Assembly (NCBI RefSeq): GCF_028641065.1
Contig: NC_073384.1
Coordinates: 51,398,001 to 51,462,000, forward strand
Source: Leucoraja erinacea
Lineage: Eukaryota
Length of the DNA stretch: 64,000 nt
Direction: 5' to 3'
Shown here: piece by piece, positions 1 through 12,599 of the stretch
Numbering within the stretch: position 1 is the stretch's first letter
Layout of the letters: every line of letters begins with the position of its first letter
Program-made: the position numbers and the translations under genes
The notes under the pieces: model-generated
The model's input: only the letters and a program-made list of their open reading frames with translations
The model's database searches: none
Told to the model about the DNA's origin: nothing

Positions 1-232
1 GATTAGTCTGTGACTCCTGCATGCACTGGAATTGACGCTTGGCTTCCCTGATGACTTTGAGTAGGACATAACCAACAGATTGGTTGGTACAGGAACCTGA
101 TGGTTGTGAGTGGTACCATCTAAGCATTCCAGCATTATCAAATCTGTGCAGATTCTCCTTGTTCAACCTGTTCCTTTTTTATGTTTTTGTACCTCAGAAC
201 AATTTCCAGTTACAGTTGCCCCCAATGATGTT

Positions 233-770
233 ACATAGAAACATAGAAACATAGAAATTAGGTGCAGGAGTAGGCCATTCGGCCCTTCGAGCCTGCACCG
301 CCATTCAATATGATCATGGCTGATCATCCAACTCAGTATCCCGTACCTGCCTTCTCTCCATACCCCCTGATCCCCTTAGCCACAAGGGCCACATCTAACT
401 CCCTCTTAAATATAGCCAATGAACTGGCCTCAACTACCCTCTGTGGCAGAGAGTTCCAGAGATTCACCACTCTCTGTGTGAAAAAAAGTTCTTCTCATCT
501 CGGTTTTAAAGGATTTCACCCTTATCCTTAAGCTGTGACCCCTTGTCCTGGACTTCCCTAACATCGGGAACAATCTTCCTGCATCTAGCCTGTCCAACCC
601 CTTAAGAATTTTGTAAGTTTCTATAAGATCCCCTCTCAATCTTCTAAATTCTAGAGAGTATAAACCAAGTCTATCCAGTCTTTCTTCATAAGACAGTCCT
701 GACATCCCAGGAATCAGTCTGGTGAACCGTCTCTGCACTCCCTCTATGGCAATTATGTCCTTCCTCAGAT
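233..770 (-). mobile_element. CR1 LINE 3' fragment (RT C-terminus and 3' UTR), well preserved
   Basis: ORF 430..738 reads QRRFTRLIPGM..YEERLDRLGLYSLEFRRLRGDLIETYKI, the typical CR1 ORF2 C-terminus. The (ACATAGAA)n tail is at 233-255. Confidence 0.95.
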
Positions 771-1605
771 GTTAGCCCGGGCAACCAATGAAATACTTGA
801 TCTTTCCCGTTTTAAACAATATTTTAGCTATGTTCCATTCTTCCAGCACCACACCTATAATCAGAAAAAAATTGGAACATAATGTCAGAACCATAATGAT
901 TTTCTTTTCTCTCTTCTGTTCGCAGTCTTGGATTCATTTTATTCATAAATGCTAATTTATCTATTGTTAATGACATCAAACTCCCATTATTTCCCTCCTC
1001 TCTATTTTGATGATGTGTATTATTTCCCCTTTATTCACATTTAATTAAAATATCTGTGCTGTTCACAAATATTGTATGTTACTTCCAAATGATGTTCAGG
1101 TGAGAATTTGAGTCTCCAAGCGGTCATACGCTCTCCTTTGTTCCTTCTCCTTCATTTCTATTCAATATAATAAAATATTTTTATTTTTCCTTAAATCTAA
1201 TTTCCAGTGTATTTTCACACATGTATACACTTGTAGTTTACTTTGCTGCCTGTGGTATTGTATTCTTGGCATCTGACTTAAGCTTCCTTTATTGTTTTTG
1301 TCTTGCTTGCTTCTTGACATCTAGTGCACTTGAGATATGGGATTCTCATCTTTATTCTTTCGTTTGGGTATCTTGTCCTTGAAATCCACACTGTTGCAAC
1401 ACTGATTTACCTTCAGGAATCCGTTTTTTAATACATTTTACTTCATTATTTTGGGCTCCATAAGATTGGCAGTATCGCAGTAGAAAGAATTAACAGCTGG
1501 CTTGGCTTTTTTTTAAACCTTTACTATGACAAATTGAACTGAGTTATGATCACAACTAAAGATTTCTTCCATCTGCCTATCTCCATTCCATAAAAATAAG
1601 TCAAG

Positions 1606-2200
1606 AACCAGAATCATACAGCAGATAAACCAATCCTTTGTTTCACCAAGTCCATGCTGACCACCAGGTACTCATCTGTACTAACTCTATTTACAAACAC
1701 TTGGTCTGAAGCCTAGTGATTCAAGTGCTTGTTCAGGTAGTTAAATGTTGTGAGAGCACTTGTCTCCAACATGCACTCAGTCTGTGCATTCCAAATTCCA
1801 ACACTCCTCATAATTAAAAGTAAGTCTTCCTAGGATCCCCTCTAAACATCTTAAACTTTAAATTTCTGCACTCCAATTTTAAATACTAGGAGGGAAAGCT
1901 CCCTACTACAGGTACATGCTTCATCATTGCCCCTTATAATTTGTTTACCTTTTTATCTGGTCTCTCCCTCAGCCTCTTTACACTGCAAGGAAAACAAACC
2001 CAGCCTACCCATTCCCTCCTCATAACTGAGACTCTCCATCCCACACAAAATCCTGGTGCACTTCTTCTGCACCCTCTCCAGTGCAGTCATAACCTTTCCA
2101 TCGTGTGGTATCCAGAAATCTACAACAGTACTATGTGAACATAACAATATTTTATGAAGACATATAACTTGCCTTGGTATCATTTTCTATGCCCTGGCTC
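1606..2200 (-). mobile_element. Old CR1 LINE fragment interrupted by a DNA transposon; continues at about 18657-18890
   Basis: Degenerate LERVQKKCTRIL..SYEEGMGRLGLFSL motif. CR1-like sequence resumes after the right TIR at 18654. Confidence 0.75.
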
Positions 2201-2524
2201 ATGGGGCTTTCTCACGGGGCGACTTGAGGCAAGATGTAACCAGAGTGAAGTGGTCGTTGTCTAGCACGATATCACACGATATAACGGGGGGTAGATAAAG
2301 AGTTCCCACGGGTACTCGGCATTTCTGTTATTTCTGCGAGTGACTTGTCCGTCTCCCGAGCTTTCCCGTTAAATCTTGAATGAACATTGTGAACTGTGAA
2401 GTGTTGTTAAATCATCACGTGGCACAAATGATGTCACTTTTTTTTTCACACACTATAAATATCCTCCCTTGGTTGAATTGGCTCATTTGGAGACATGCCT
2501 GTACTAAGTAGTTTCGAGTACAGG

Positions 2525-2695
2525 ATGGTGGTGTTTTTCATTGACGCGCTGTATGCAGCAGCCCTCTATGTGAATCGAGGACGCTTGCGTGAAGGCAGAA
2601 GGGTGAGATTAATTCAAAAGAGAATTAAGAGGAAGTCTCACTGGGTGAAGCCCATCTTTCAATGGAGACGTCTATTTGGACAATATGATTCATGA
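2525..2695 (+). pseudogene. Harbinger-type transposase N-terminal remnant
   Basis: KRIKRKSHWVKPIFQWRRLFGQYDS resembles the basic WV(R/K)P..R..G.Y N-terminus of Harbinger transposases. The DDE domain is absent. Confidence 0.6.
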
Positions 2696-2899
2696 TTCCA
2701 ACTTCAAACACAGAGCGTGTAAAAGCTGTCTGCGACTTTTTTACTTTGCAGCTGCAGGGCACAGACACACTTATAAGAGAAGTTTAAGTTAACTGTAAAA
2801 ACAGCACTTTTCCATCAATAGCAATGTATGTTCTTAAATCATGGATAACATTAAATGGTTTTCCTGTTGATGTACTAATATATCGTTATATATACTCAC

Positions 2900-3308
2900 A
2901 TGAGTACCCGGGATACTCCGCAGCCTTCGTCTCCAGCAGGTTCCGTTTTTTCTCCCTGTTTCTGTAATCCTCTCTGGATTTATCGTAAAGAATTTCGTTG
3001 AATTGGTACCATTCTACAAGTTCACCCTCTTGTTCCCTGGTGAAGTTATATGGCCTTACCTTCTGCCATCTTCCCTTTCTATACGCGTCTGTTGAGGCTA
3101 TTCCTACAACGGCTACTGGGGAGGCAATCTGAAATCCACCTTGCTCACCCTCTCCCTGCTCCAAGGAGCCCATAGGCAGTGTTATCTGTGGCATCTCCTG
3201 TTGCCTCTCCACCTGTCTCTCTTGCTGCGTCGCCTCCTCATTCTCCTGCACGGCAAAAACCTTTCTGACACGCGTTACCCCCTTTCTTTGAGCTTTTCTG
3301 GGAGCCAT
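2900..3308 (-). pseudogene. MADF/Myb-SANT-like DNA-binding partner protein of the transposon (first exon)
   Basis: FTREQEGELVEWYQFNEILYDKSREDYRNREKK is a MADF-like signature. ATG at 3308 (MAPRKAQRKG); the exon ends at a GTGAGT splice donor near 2899. Confidence 0.75.
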
Positions 3309-3691
3309 CTCTGCAAGTGTTCCAGTGAAAAAGATTCTCCAACAATGACAATGAGGTGGGACGTCCTCGATGGACACATGTTCCATTGGCGATATTGAGA
3401 CCGCCTTTTTTACTCACCTTCTGTCCCCTCTGTTCAGCTTCCGGTTCACCGTTCGCAGGAGTTCCCACGGTAAACGCAAGAGTTATTACGGATATCGCAC
3501 TGGCCACTATGTCCATATAATGTTTCAATGTTCAACCACAAGTGTACAAGTCACTCTTGGAGAAATTCAAGCTTGCTTGAATTTTCTCCCGAGTCAACAA
3601 GTCACACGAGTACCTGCCGTTAGCGCCACGGTGGTCCACGAATGCCATACGGTTATCGTACGAGGTTCCCATGATGTTCAACTCTGGTTAC

Positions 3692-3900
3692 TGTAAAGAC
3701 GAGTCAAAACGCATTATGTCTTCACTACTGTTTTATTACTATTAACAATACACAGATACATTACTGCCCTAGCTGTCCGTGGTCTGTCACCAGAGCTAGA
3801 GAGCGATCTAGAGGTGGGGAGGTTACAATTATACTGGTGATATGGGGAGTGGTTAATAGTGGTGAGGTCACTATGTTAAAGAACCATGCACTAGTCTACA
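3692..3900 (-). repeat. Gypsy 3' LTR
   Basis: TGTAAAGACG...GTCTACA, a direct repeat of 18408-18616 with about 6 substitutions by eye. Confidence 0.97.
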
Positions 3901-3994
3901 TCCTTTCCCTTGGAAACAATGCAGGACAGCAGTGACAGGGCGACCACGACTCATACGCTACAAGCAGTTAACCGCACACACAGGCAGGCAACAG

Positions 3995-6960
3995 TTAAAC
4001 AAATTCCCCGTAACGTACGGGCGGCTTGACCAACCGCCCGGAGCGAGTGCGCAACTCGCCCTCCCCCTCCTCCACAGGACAAAGAGGAACAGGAGCGGGA
4101 GCGGGAGTGGGAGAAAGGGCCGGAGACCGGGGTGGAGAGGAAAAGTGGAGCCCGTGGAGGGGAAAGTGGCACAGAGGCGGGCAAACGAACAGGCGATGGC
4201 GGACTGGCAGCAGGGGAGCGGGGCACAAAGAGCTGAGAGGGCAGAGTTCTGGGCATGCGAGGAGCGGTAGGCAGAGAGGAAGAAATTGGGGGGGCAAAAG
4301 GAGCACAAGGGGGTGGAGCCGGCCCATTGACAAGCCGCAGGTGCTGGCGGGAACGGCGATAGATGGTACCCTCATGGTCAAGGGGGCGAACCGGCAGAGC
4401 CGACGATTACCGCCAGTCGGCAGTGTCCAGAGGGGGACTGCAACCGGACGACCTAACCAGGGAACAGCCGCGGAAGGGGACGGCAGGACTTGTCGTGGGA
4501 GCGTTTTTGTATTTCGTGCTTTTGGGCAATGCGCTCCTGGACGGCAGCAGGGCGGAGGACAGAAGGCACCAAGGACCGCTGGGACACAGGGATAGCTGGG
4601 CGCGTGGTGCGGGACATGAGTCGCTGAGCAGGCGAGCCCAGGGCAGGGTCTCGGGAAATGTTGCGGAGGTTGAGGAGGGCCAGGTGAAAATCCGACCGGG
4701 AAAGTCTGCAGTGCTCCAGCAGTTCCTTGGCACTGCGGACAGTGCGCTCCGCAAGGCCGTTGCTCTGCGGGTACTCGGGGCTGCTGGTGAAGTGACAAAA
4801 GTTCCAGGTGGCAGCGAAATCACGGAACTCCGCACTTGAAAACTGGCTACCGTTGTCCGACTGCAAACTCGCAAAGGTTGCGAAGTGGCGGCGTAGTTTC
4901 CCAATGACAGCAGCAGATGTGAGGGAGGTCAGCTGGTCCACCTCTAACCAGCTGGAGTAGGAATCCACAAGGACCAGGAAGTGCTTGCCACGCCGCTCGA
5001 AGATGTCAGTGGCGACTGCCATTCATGGCAGACCAGGGGCCGGCTGTTGTAGAAGCGGCTGCCGTTGCTGGTGGGGAGAGAGACTATTGCAGGTGGAGCA
5101 GGCGGAGACCCTCTCCCGGATGTCCGGGGCCATGCCGGGCCAATAGAACTGGCTCTGTGCCTGGGACAGAGTGGCCTCGGCCCCGGGGTGGCCGTTGTGG
5201 GCGTTTGAAAATAGTGGTCCCGCAGCGCGGCAGGCACCATAACCTTGTGGCCCATCATCACCACTCCGTCATGCAGCACAAGCTCATCCCGGATCAGGAA
5301 GTAGGGCACGGCACCGGCCGGCAAGGATGAGCGACGGTCAGGCCAACCACGCCGGATGACGTCGGCAAGCTGCTGCAAGGCAGGATCTTTGGCAGTGTGT
5401 TGGACCAGGGACTGCATTTGCTGTGAAGGCACAATATTAACGTTTAACACCATCAGGTCAGACGATTCATACGGGTGACGGGTTGTGGATGTTAGCGGTG
5501 CGCGGGACAGTGTGTCGGCCACAAACATGTCCTTGCCCTTGCGGTACACGATCCGAAACGTGAAGCGCTGGAGCTGCAGCATCATGCGCTGCAAGCGGGA
5601 TGAGGCAACATGGATCGGTTTGTACAGGATCGTGAACAGCGGCTGATGGTCGGTTTCGATAGTGACTGTGTTGCCCAGGATGTAATCCTTAAACTTCGAG
5701 CAGGCAAACACCACGGCGAGGAGCTCCTTCTCGATCTTGGCATAACGCTGCTCAGCGGGGGTCATGGTGCGAGAAGCGTAGGAGACGGGCAGCTGCAGGC
5801 CGTCGTAGAGCTGCAGGCAGGCGGCACTGAGACCGAACTTCGAGGCGTCGCGGGTGAGGACAATAGGACGCTGCAAGTCGAAGAACTTGAGAGTGGGGGT
5901 ACTAACCAGCCTGGACTTCAGGATGTCAAACGCCTTCTGGTGCTTCGGGGACCAAACCCAGGCATTGTCCTTTTTGATCAGCTCCCTCAGGAGCGCACTC
6001 AGCTCACTCAGGTCGGGAATGAACTTCCCCAAGTAGTTCACCATGCCCAGAAAGCGCTGCAGGCTGGGCACGTCGGCGGGTGCAGACATCCCAGAGACCG
6101 CAGCCGTCTCCTGCGGGTCAGGCATCAGCCCCTCAGCCGTGAAGACGTGGCCCACGTACGTGACCTCTGGGACGCGGAAGCGGCACTTCTTAGGGTTAAG
6201 CTTAAGGTTGATCTCACGAGCCCTGTCCAGGACTTGGCGGAGGTGGAGGTCGTGCTCAGCGACGTCCTTCCCATATACCAGGATGTGATCGACTATGATA
6301 GCACACGGCAGACCGGCAAACAGCTGCTCCATGGTGCGCTGGAAGACCTCACTGGCAGAATTGATCCCGAATGGCATACGAAGGAAACGGAACCTGCCGA
6401 AGGGTGTGCTGAAGGTAGTCAGGTATGAGGAACGTTCATCCAGCGGTATCTGCCAGAAAGAGCTCTTGGCATCGAGGACCGAGAAGACAGTGGCCGGGCC
6501 AACCTGTGCAGCGACGTCCTCCACCGTCCGCATGGGGTAGTGTGGGCGCTTGATGGCAAGGTTTAGGTCCTTAGGGTTTATACAAATGCGAAGCTCACTC
6601 TTATCCTTCTTTGCAGCAACAACCATGGTGGAGACCCACCTGGTGGGGTCACTCACCTCCTTGAGGATGCCCCCGGCCACCATGTGGCGCAGAGTCGACT
6701 CTACCTTGTCCTTCATAGCAAAGGCGACGCGGTGTGGCGGGCGGACCACCGGCTCGACACCTGGGTCGACAACAATCTTGTAATTGCAGGGTAGCCTGCC
6801 CAGCTCGTCGTCGAAACGATCAGGGTACTCACGCAGGGGGTCCAGGAGGGTCCGCACCAGGTGGATATCGCGGTGAAAGGAGACCAAACCGAGGTCCTGG
6901 CACGCACGGGTGCCCAACAGCGTGGTGTTCTCGGTGTCCAGCAGATAAAAAGTGAGGGGC
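3995..6960 (-). pseudogene. Gypsy pol (RT, RNase H, integrase), frameshifted
   Basis: RT motif FSVLDAKSSFWQI; the YxDD box is degraded to IIVDH. RNase H motifs DASKFGL and AEQRYAKIEKELLAVVF. Integrase motifs LVDSYS, SDNGSQF and PQSNGLAER. Confidence 0.95.
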
Positions 6961-8845
6961 CAAGAGAGATTCAGAGATTCAATTTTAATTGTCATTGTCA
7001 GTGTACAGTACAGAGACAACGAAATGCATTTAGCATCTCCCTTGAAGAGCGACATAGCAAACGATTTGAATAAAAAAATAATAAGTGTCCGGGGGGGGGG
7101 TGGTGATTGGCAGTCACCGAGGTACGTTGTTTAGAAGAGTGACAGCCGCCGGAAAGAAGCTGTTCCTCGACCTGCTGGTTCGGCAACGGAGAGACCTGTA
7201 GCACCTCCCGGATGGTAGGAGGGTAAACAGTCCATGGTTGGGGTGAGAGCAGTCCTTGGCGATGCTGAGCGCCCTCCGCAGACAGCGCTTGCTTTGGACA
7301 GACTCAATGGAGGGGAGCGTGGAACCGGTGATGCGTTGGGCAATTTTAACCACCCTTGCCATACCATACTGTGATGCAGTTGGTAAGGATGCTCTCGATG
7401 GTGCAGCGGTAGAAGTTCACCAGGATCTGAGGAGACAGATGGACCTTCTTCAGTCTCCTCAGGAAGAAGAGACGCTGATGAGCCTTCTTGATCAGAGTAG
7501 AGGTATTGTGGGTCCAAGAGAGGTCATCGGAGATGTTGACTCCCAGGAACCTGAAGCTAGAAACACGTTCCACCTCCGTCCCGTTAATGTGGATGGGGGT
7601 GTGCGTGCCGCCTCTGGACTTCCTGAAGTCTACAATGAGCTCCTTGGTCTTCTTGGAGTTAAGGGCCAGGTTGTTGTCAGCGCACCATGCTGCTAAGTGC
7701 TGGACCTCCTCCCTGTAGGCCAGCTCATCGTTGTTGCTGATGAGGCCAATCACCGTTGTATCATCTGCATACTTGATGATGGTGTTAGTACCATGTACAG
7801 GTGTGCAGTCATAGGTGAAGAGGGAGTAGAGGAGGGGGCTCAGCACACAGCCCTGAGGAACGCCGGTGTTCAGGGTGAGGGTTGAAGAGGTGTGCTTGTC
7901 TAACCTCACAGACTGGGGTCTGTTGGTTAGAAAGTCCAGTATCCAGTTGCAGAGGGAGGGGTCGATGCCCAGGTTACCGAGTTTGGTGATCAGTTTTGAT
8001 GGAATAATGGTGTTGAATGCTGAGCTGTAATCGATGAACAGCATTCTTACATAAGTGTCTCTGTTGTCAAGGTGGGAGAGGGCGGAGTGAAGTGCCGTTG
8101 AGATGGCATCCTCCGTACTCCTGTTCTTGCGGTAGGCAAACTGATAGGGATCCAGTGTGGGGGGTAGGCAGCTTTTGAGGTGTGCCAGGACCAGCCTCTC
8201 GAAGCACTTGGTGATGATGGGGGTAAGTGCAACTGGGCGGAAGTCGTTGAGGCTTGCCGCAGTGGAGTGTTTTGGCACTGGCACGATGGAGGTGGCTTTA
8301 AGGCAAGTGGGGACAACTGCTTGGGCAAGTGACAGGTTGAAGATGTCAGTCCAGACGTCTGTCATCTGCGCAGCACAGGCACTGAGCACGCGCCCGGGGA
8401 TGCCGTCAGGGCCAGCAGCCTTACGTGCATTAGTCCTACTCAGTGCCACGTACACGTCGTAGGGGGTGAGTGTGAGGGGTTGGTGATCGGCAGGTAGCAC
8501 AGCCTTGGTGGCTGTCTCTAGATTGTCCCTGTCGAAGCGGCCATAGAAGTGATAAGCTCCTCAAGGAAGGAAGCTCGCTCAAGGAAGGATGTTGGAGGGT
8601 CTGTAGTCCGTGATGGCCTGGATGCCTTGCCACATGCGCGGGGGTCGGAGTTGTTGTTGAAGTGCTCCTCAATCCTGAGCTTATGGGAGCTTGGTCTGAT
8701 GCCCCTAGTCCGTGATGGCCCTGATGCCCTGCAAAACATGCGTAAGGGGGGTCGGAGTTGTTGTTGAAGTGCTCCTCATAATCCTGAGCTTAGTAGCAGT
8801 GACCTTGGCCTTCCTGATGCCCCTCTTCAGGTTAGCCCTGGATGC
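6961..8845 (-). mobile_element. Rex1/Babar LINE, 5'-truncated, inserted in the Gypsy protease-RT region
   Basis: ORF 7346..8500 has [45 protein letters not shown] and KYADDTT. The 3' UTR with a GACAATTAAAATTGAATC-type tail ends at about 6961. Confidence 0.93.
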
Positions 8846-8936
8846 TCCCGTGTCAGGCCTTCAAAACAGTTGCAGATAAGGGTTCCGTAATCAGCCCGAC
8901 TGGTACGAGCAAAACCGCCCCCATAGGCATGTTAGA
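8846..8936 (-). pseudogene. Gypsy protease-region remnant
   Basis: The reverse strand gives AYGGG...PVGLIT across frameshifts, which fits upstream of PLTFYLLDT..TLLG at 6960. Confidence 0.5.
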
Positions 8937-10376
8937 TGGGAGGGAAATATATTATAAAATTGTTCAAATTAAGTTCTTAAGGAGTGCAAGAGAAGGGTTT
9001 GGAGGGGCTTTCAGAAATACATGCCTCCACAAAGAAATAAAGAACAAAGAACACACACAGGAGAACAGATGGCTTATCATAAACATGGAAAGGGTGATCT
9101 GGATAGGCATATCTATTCTTTATTGCTTTGGAGCAACAATCATGTTGTGAGAAGGTGTAGTTGGTTTAGGTTGGTGTTTATAATAGAGATTGTTAATGGG
9201 ATCTTTCTCCATGACATGGGCACCATCCTTCTTCCTTTGTGACACATCTCAGAGTTTGGCTGTGTCATCTAAGGCGATTTATGATTGTCTATGTTGGATT
9301 GTAGGCACCAAGGGTAGATACTAGTCTGTGAGATGGTTTGTGCTGTTTAGATGTGTTTATGTTGGGATAAAAGATAAGGCATAGATGATGGTTGTGTGAC
9401 CTTTGCAAAAGGATTTCTTATGTGTATAAAAAACTGAGAAAGTAACTCTGTTTTAATCTAAGCCAAACGATTGGGGTCTGCATATAGTAATCTTCTATTT
9501 GCTGTGTGGAATGCTATTCGTGGGGGGGTCGTAAAGAGACCTTACATTCCTTTCCTCCACTGATAGTAGGAGGTTGTAATTCAGAATGAAACTAGACCCG
9601 AGCTTGGAAGGAGGAATTATAATTTATCAAGTGTGACAAGTATATGGCCTTTGTGAGCTTGGAGGTGGGAATTGTGTGATTAGAACTTTGTCTTTACCAC
9701 TTTGTAAGAATGGGGTAAAACTCATCTTTAATCTTTGTAATTCATAAGTAACTGTATTTTAACTAAGTGGTTGTAAGGAAATTAATTGTGAAGTGTATTG
9801 TGTTTAATTACGATTGTGAGTATTAGACTTTGTTTAAATCGGAAGTTTTAGAAATAACTTTCTTTTCCAAAAGTGAAAATATGTTTTGTATGTATGTGTT
9901 GTGTGATTGCTATATTATGTGTATATTCTGAGAAGTATTCTGTGAGAATTAGTTTTATATCTGTGGTTTTACTTTAATGAAATAAAGTGATTTTGAGCAA
10001 AGAGGTTGAAGAAACCACAGAGGGGATGAAGGTTGTAAAGGGGCTGGAAAAGGGAAAATCATGTGACTATACGTGTTGTCAATCAATGGAAAGGATTTAG
10101 TTGATTGGTTAATGCAAATAAGTTAAATGTATGGTAAACCATAATGATTGGTTAATAGTTTGCCACTCCTTTTGTACTATCCTTGTCTTTTACCTATATA
10201 ATGTGTTACATTTATGCCAAAGTTGTAGTTCTTTCAACCTGCCCCAGAGTTTCTAACTCTGTGTTGGAAGGTTTAAAGAATTATCCAGCGCTGTCAGAAT
10301 AAAGAATCGATTCCAGCAACAAGGGTTTGAATCAAGTTTTCTTGAATTAGACTGGCAAAAAGAACTCATTTTAACA
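8937..10376 (+). repeat. ERV 5' LTR (5' edge garbled)
   Basis: Direct repeat of 16285-17739. Inverted CCAAT boxes at about 10102 and 10146, TATATAA at about 10195, AATAAA at about 10298; ends TTTTAACA. Confidence 0.95.
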
Positions 10377-10378
10377 TT

Positions 10379-10398
10379 TGGTGTCAGAAGTGGGATTC
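10379..10398 (+). promoter_or_regulatory. ERV primer-binding site, tRNA-Leu(CAA)
   Basis: TGGTGTCAGAAGTGGGATTC is complementary to the 3' end of vertebrate tRNA-Leu(CAA) and lies 2 nt after the LTR. Confidence 0.85.
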
Positions 10399-11157
10399 AG
10401 ACGGTTCACCGACAACACGAGGAACGAAAATAAGTGTTAAACTGCGCACTGATTGGACCAGAGGAATTGGCCAAGCAGAAGTGAGTAGTTAAACACCACT
10501 CTGTTTTCCTCTTCTCCGTATATCGCTGCGTAGTCGACCCTTCGTTCTTGTGTTGAACGGGATCCAGACAGAATCAGGTCAGTCTAACAAACCTTGTTGA
10601 TTGGTAAGATTGGTCATTAGGAATGATCAAAGGTGAACAGACTCGTCCATTAGGAATGGGGAGTCTTAGTCATTGGGAATGCTCCATTAGGAATGGAGAA
10701 ACTTGGTCATTAGGAATGATCAAAGGTGATGGGAATGCTCCATTAGGAATGGAGAAACTTGGTCATTAGGAATGATCAAAGGTAAATGCCGGCTGAACTG
10801 GATAAATTTATCCTGACCATTTGGAATGGCAGGAGATAGTGATTTGGAAACAGGGTCAGCTAAACACTGACAGTGCTAAATTTATCCTGACCATTTGGAA
10901 TGGCAGGAGATAGTTAGAAAGATTTGGAAACAGGGTCGGCTAATCACTGACAGTGCTAAATTAATCTCGACCATTTGGAATGGTGCGAAGTAATTAAAAA
11001 CAATTGAATTCGGATCCAGTGAAAATAAGAAATAGTAAAACGTTAACGTAATTATTATATTGTTATAAGAATATTAATACTGTGTATAGATTAAATTGGT
11101 TGTGAATATAGTACTGATCAGTGTGATAAATATATTAATTGTGATAAGTGAATTAAG

Positions 11158-12585
11158 ATGGGTAATCACTTAGATAACACCAAGAGTTCTAGCAGCCCAT
11201 TGCAGATTTTATGTGACAAATATCCTGAAAGTTCTCAGCAATTCGGAGAATTATCAGGGGCATTAAATCAGAAATTAGGTAACAAACAATGGCCTCTGGG
11301 GGGGGTCCTAGAAATCCAGATCTGGTAAAAACAAGCCCAAGAATTAATATGGAAAAGAAATGCGAATAAAAAGAGTAAAATTGATTGAATTATGGCGAAA
11401 TTGGCGTGAGGAGGAATTAGATATAAATTTAATGTTGAGGTAATGAGACGAGAGTGTGCACACGAAAGGACTAGAGGACAGGAGAGAGAAGGAAAAAGGT
11501 TTTAAAAAAAAAAAGGGACTGCGCAGTTTAAATGGTTGGCCTTCAATTAGCAGAGGGAGACGAAAGGGAGGTATGGGAAAATCAGAAAAGTCCCAGGACA
11601 GTGGCGACAGGAATTTAACCAAATTTACCTAGGACAGGATCAGAAATCGATAGTGCACCAAGCCCAGGCACCAAAAAAAAATTGGAGAAGCCCCAGTTTA
11701 GACTCTGTAGCATGGCATACATGGTCACAGTCTAGAGACCAGGAGCAAGAAGGACGAGAGGAAAGGAGGTCACACAGTTGGGACTATAAAAGGGAGCACT
11801 TGGCTGAGAAAACCACACCCCAGAAGCAACAAGGGAAGGTGCTGAAATAGACGGAATAAGAAAGCATCTTCCAGGCGCCAATATTCCGTCAGAACGGTCC
11901 CTAACCCCAGAGCCCTTATACCTCCTCCACCCAACCAACAAGATTATGGCGAAACAGGCATGAATAATGTGTGGCTGCTGTGGAAACCACATGAGATGAT
12001 GACAATTTTGTTGGGAGTGCCTAAGAAACGGAATCCACAAGCTTTCATTGAATTTTTAAGAACAACGATATCTGTATATCACGCTGATTCCCGAGAATTA
12101 TGGGTACTAGTTCAGCAAGTTTTAACAGCGATTGAGTATACCAGATTCTTGGTTCATTTAACCTAGAACAACCATGCAGCCCTAGCGGTGGCGCACCCAG
12201 GGGCAGGTAACAATGAGCATCGATTACAGCTTATGCTGGCAGCCGTGTGCCTCACTCTCCAGCAGCCAATCGATATATCAAAGGTTTTGGATATGAAACC
12301 AGGGGAAGGAGAGGCTGCAGAAGATTTTCTGGGAAGGTTTAAAAAACCCATCTACGGCAACCAGTCAGGTGACACTCAGTATCAGCAAGGAAATGACTGG
12401 CCACGGTTTTGTGCTATGGTTATGAACTGTTTGCCTTCCAGCGTTGCAATGGGTATTTAAACCAATAATATGGACTGGTCAGAGTCTTCATCGGCCCGCA
12501 TGTCAAGAGCTGTGAGAGCCTTTTGGAAAGACTGTCCTATTGGAGACAGTGAAGCCCAGGTAAAGGTAAAAACGAATATGTGATG
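11158..12585 (+). pseudogene. ERV gag (multiple stops and frameshifts)
   Basis: Starts MGNHLDNTKSSSSPLQILCDKYP (myristoylation-type MG) with a WPLGG matrix motif. Capsid-like segments include PIDISKVLDMKPGEGEAAEDFLGRF. Confidence 0.8.
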
Positions 12586-12599
12586 AGAGAAACGAGAGA

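Noticed and set aside
4026-6428. Long plus-strand ORFs overlapping Gypsy pol
   Set aside because: These are antisense shadows of a GC-rich coding strand, with no recognisable motifs.
4944-7055. 703-aa ORF as an intact or domesticated pol
   Set aside because: The start lies in the Rex1 tail, the RT catalytic DD is changed to DH, and the frame shifts before the integrase core.
10608-10990. CRISPR-like repeat array
   Set aside because: The context is a eukaryotic retroviral leader, the spacers are repeated and irregular, and there are no cas genes.
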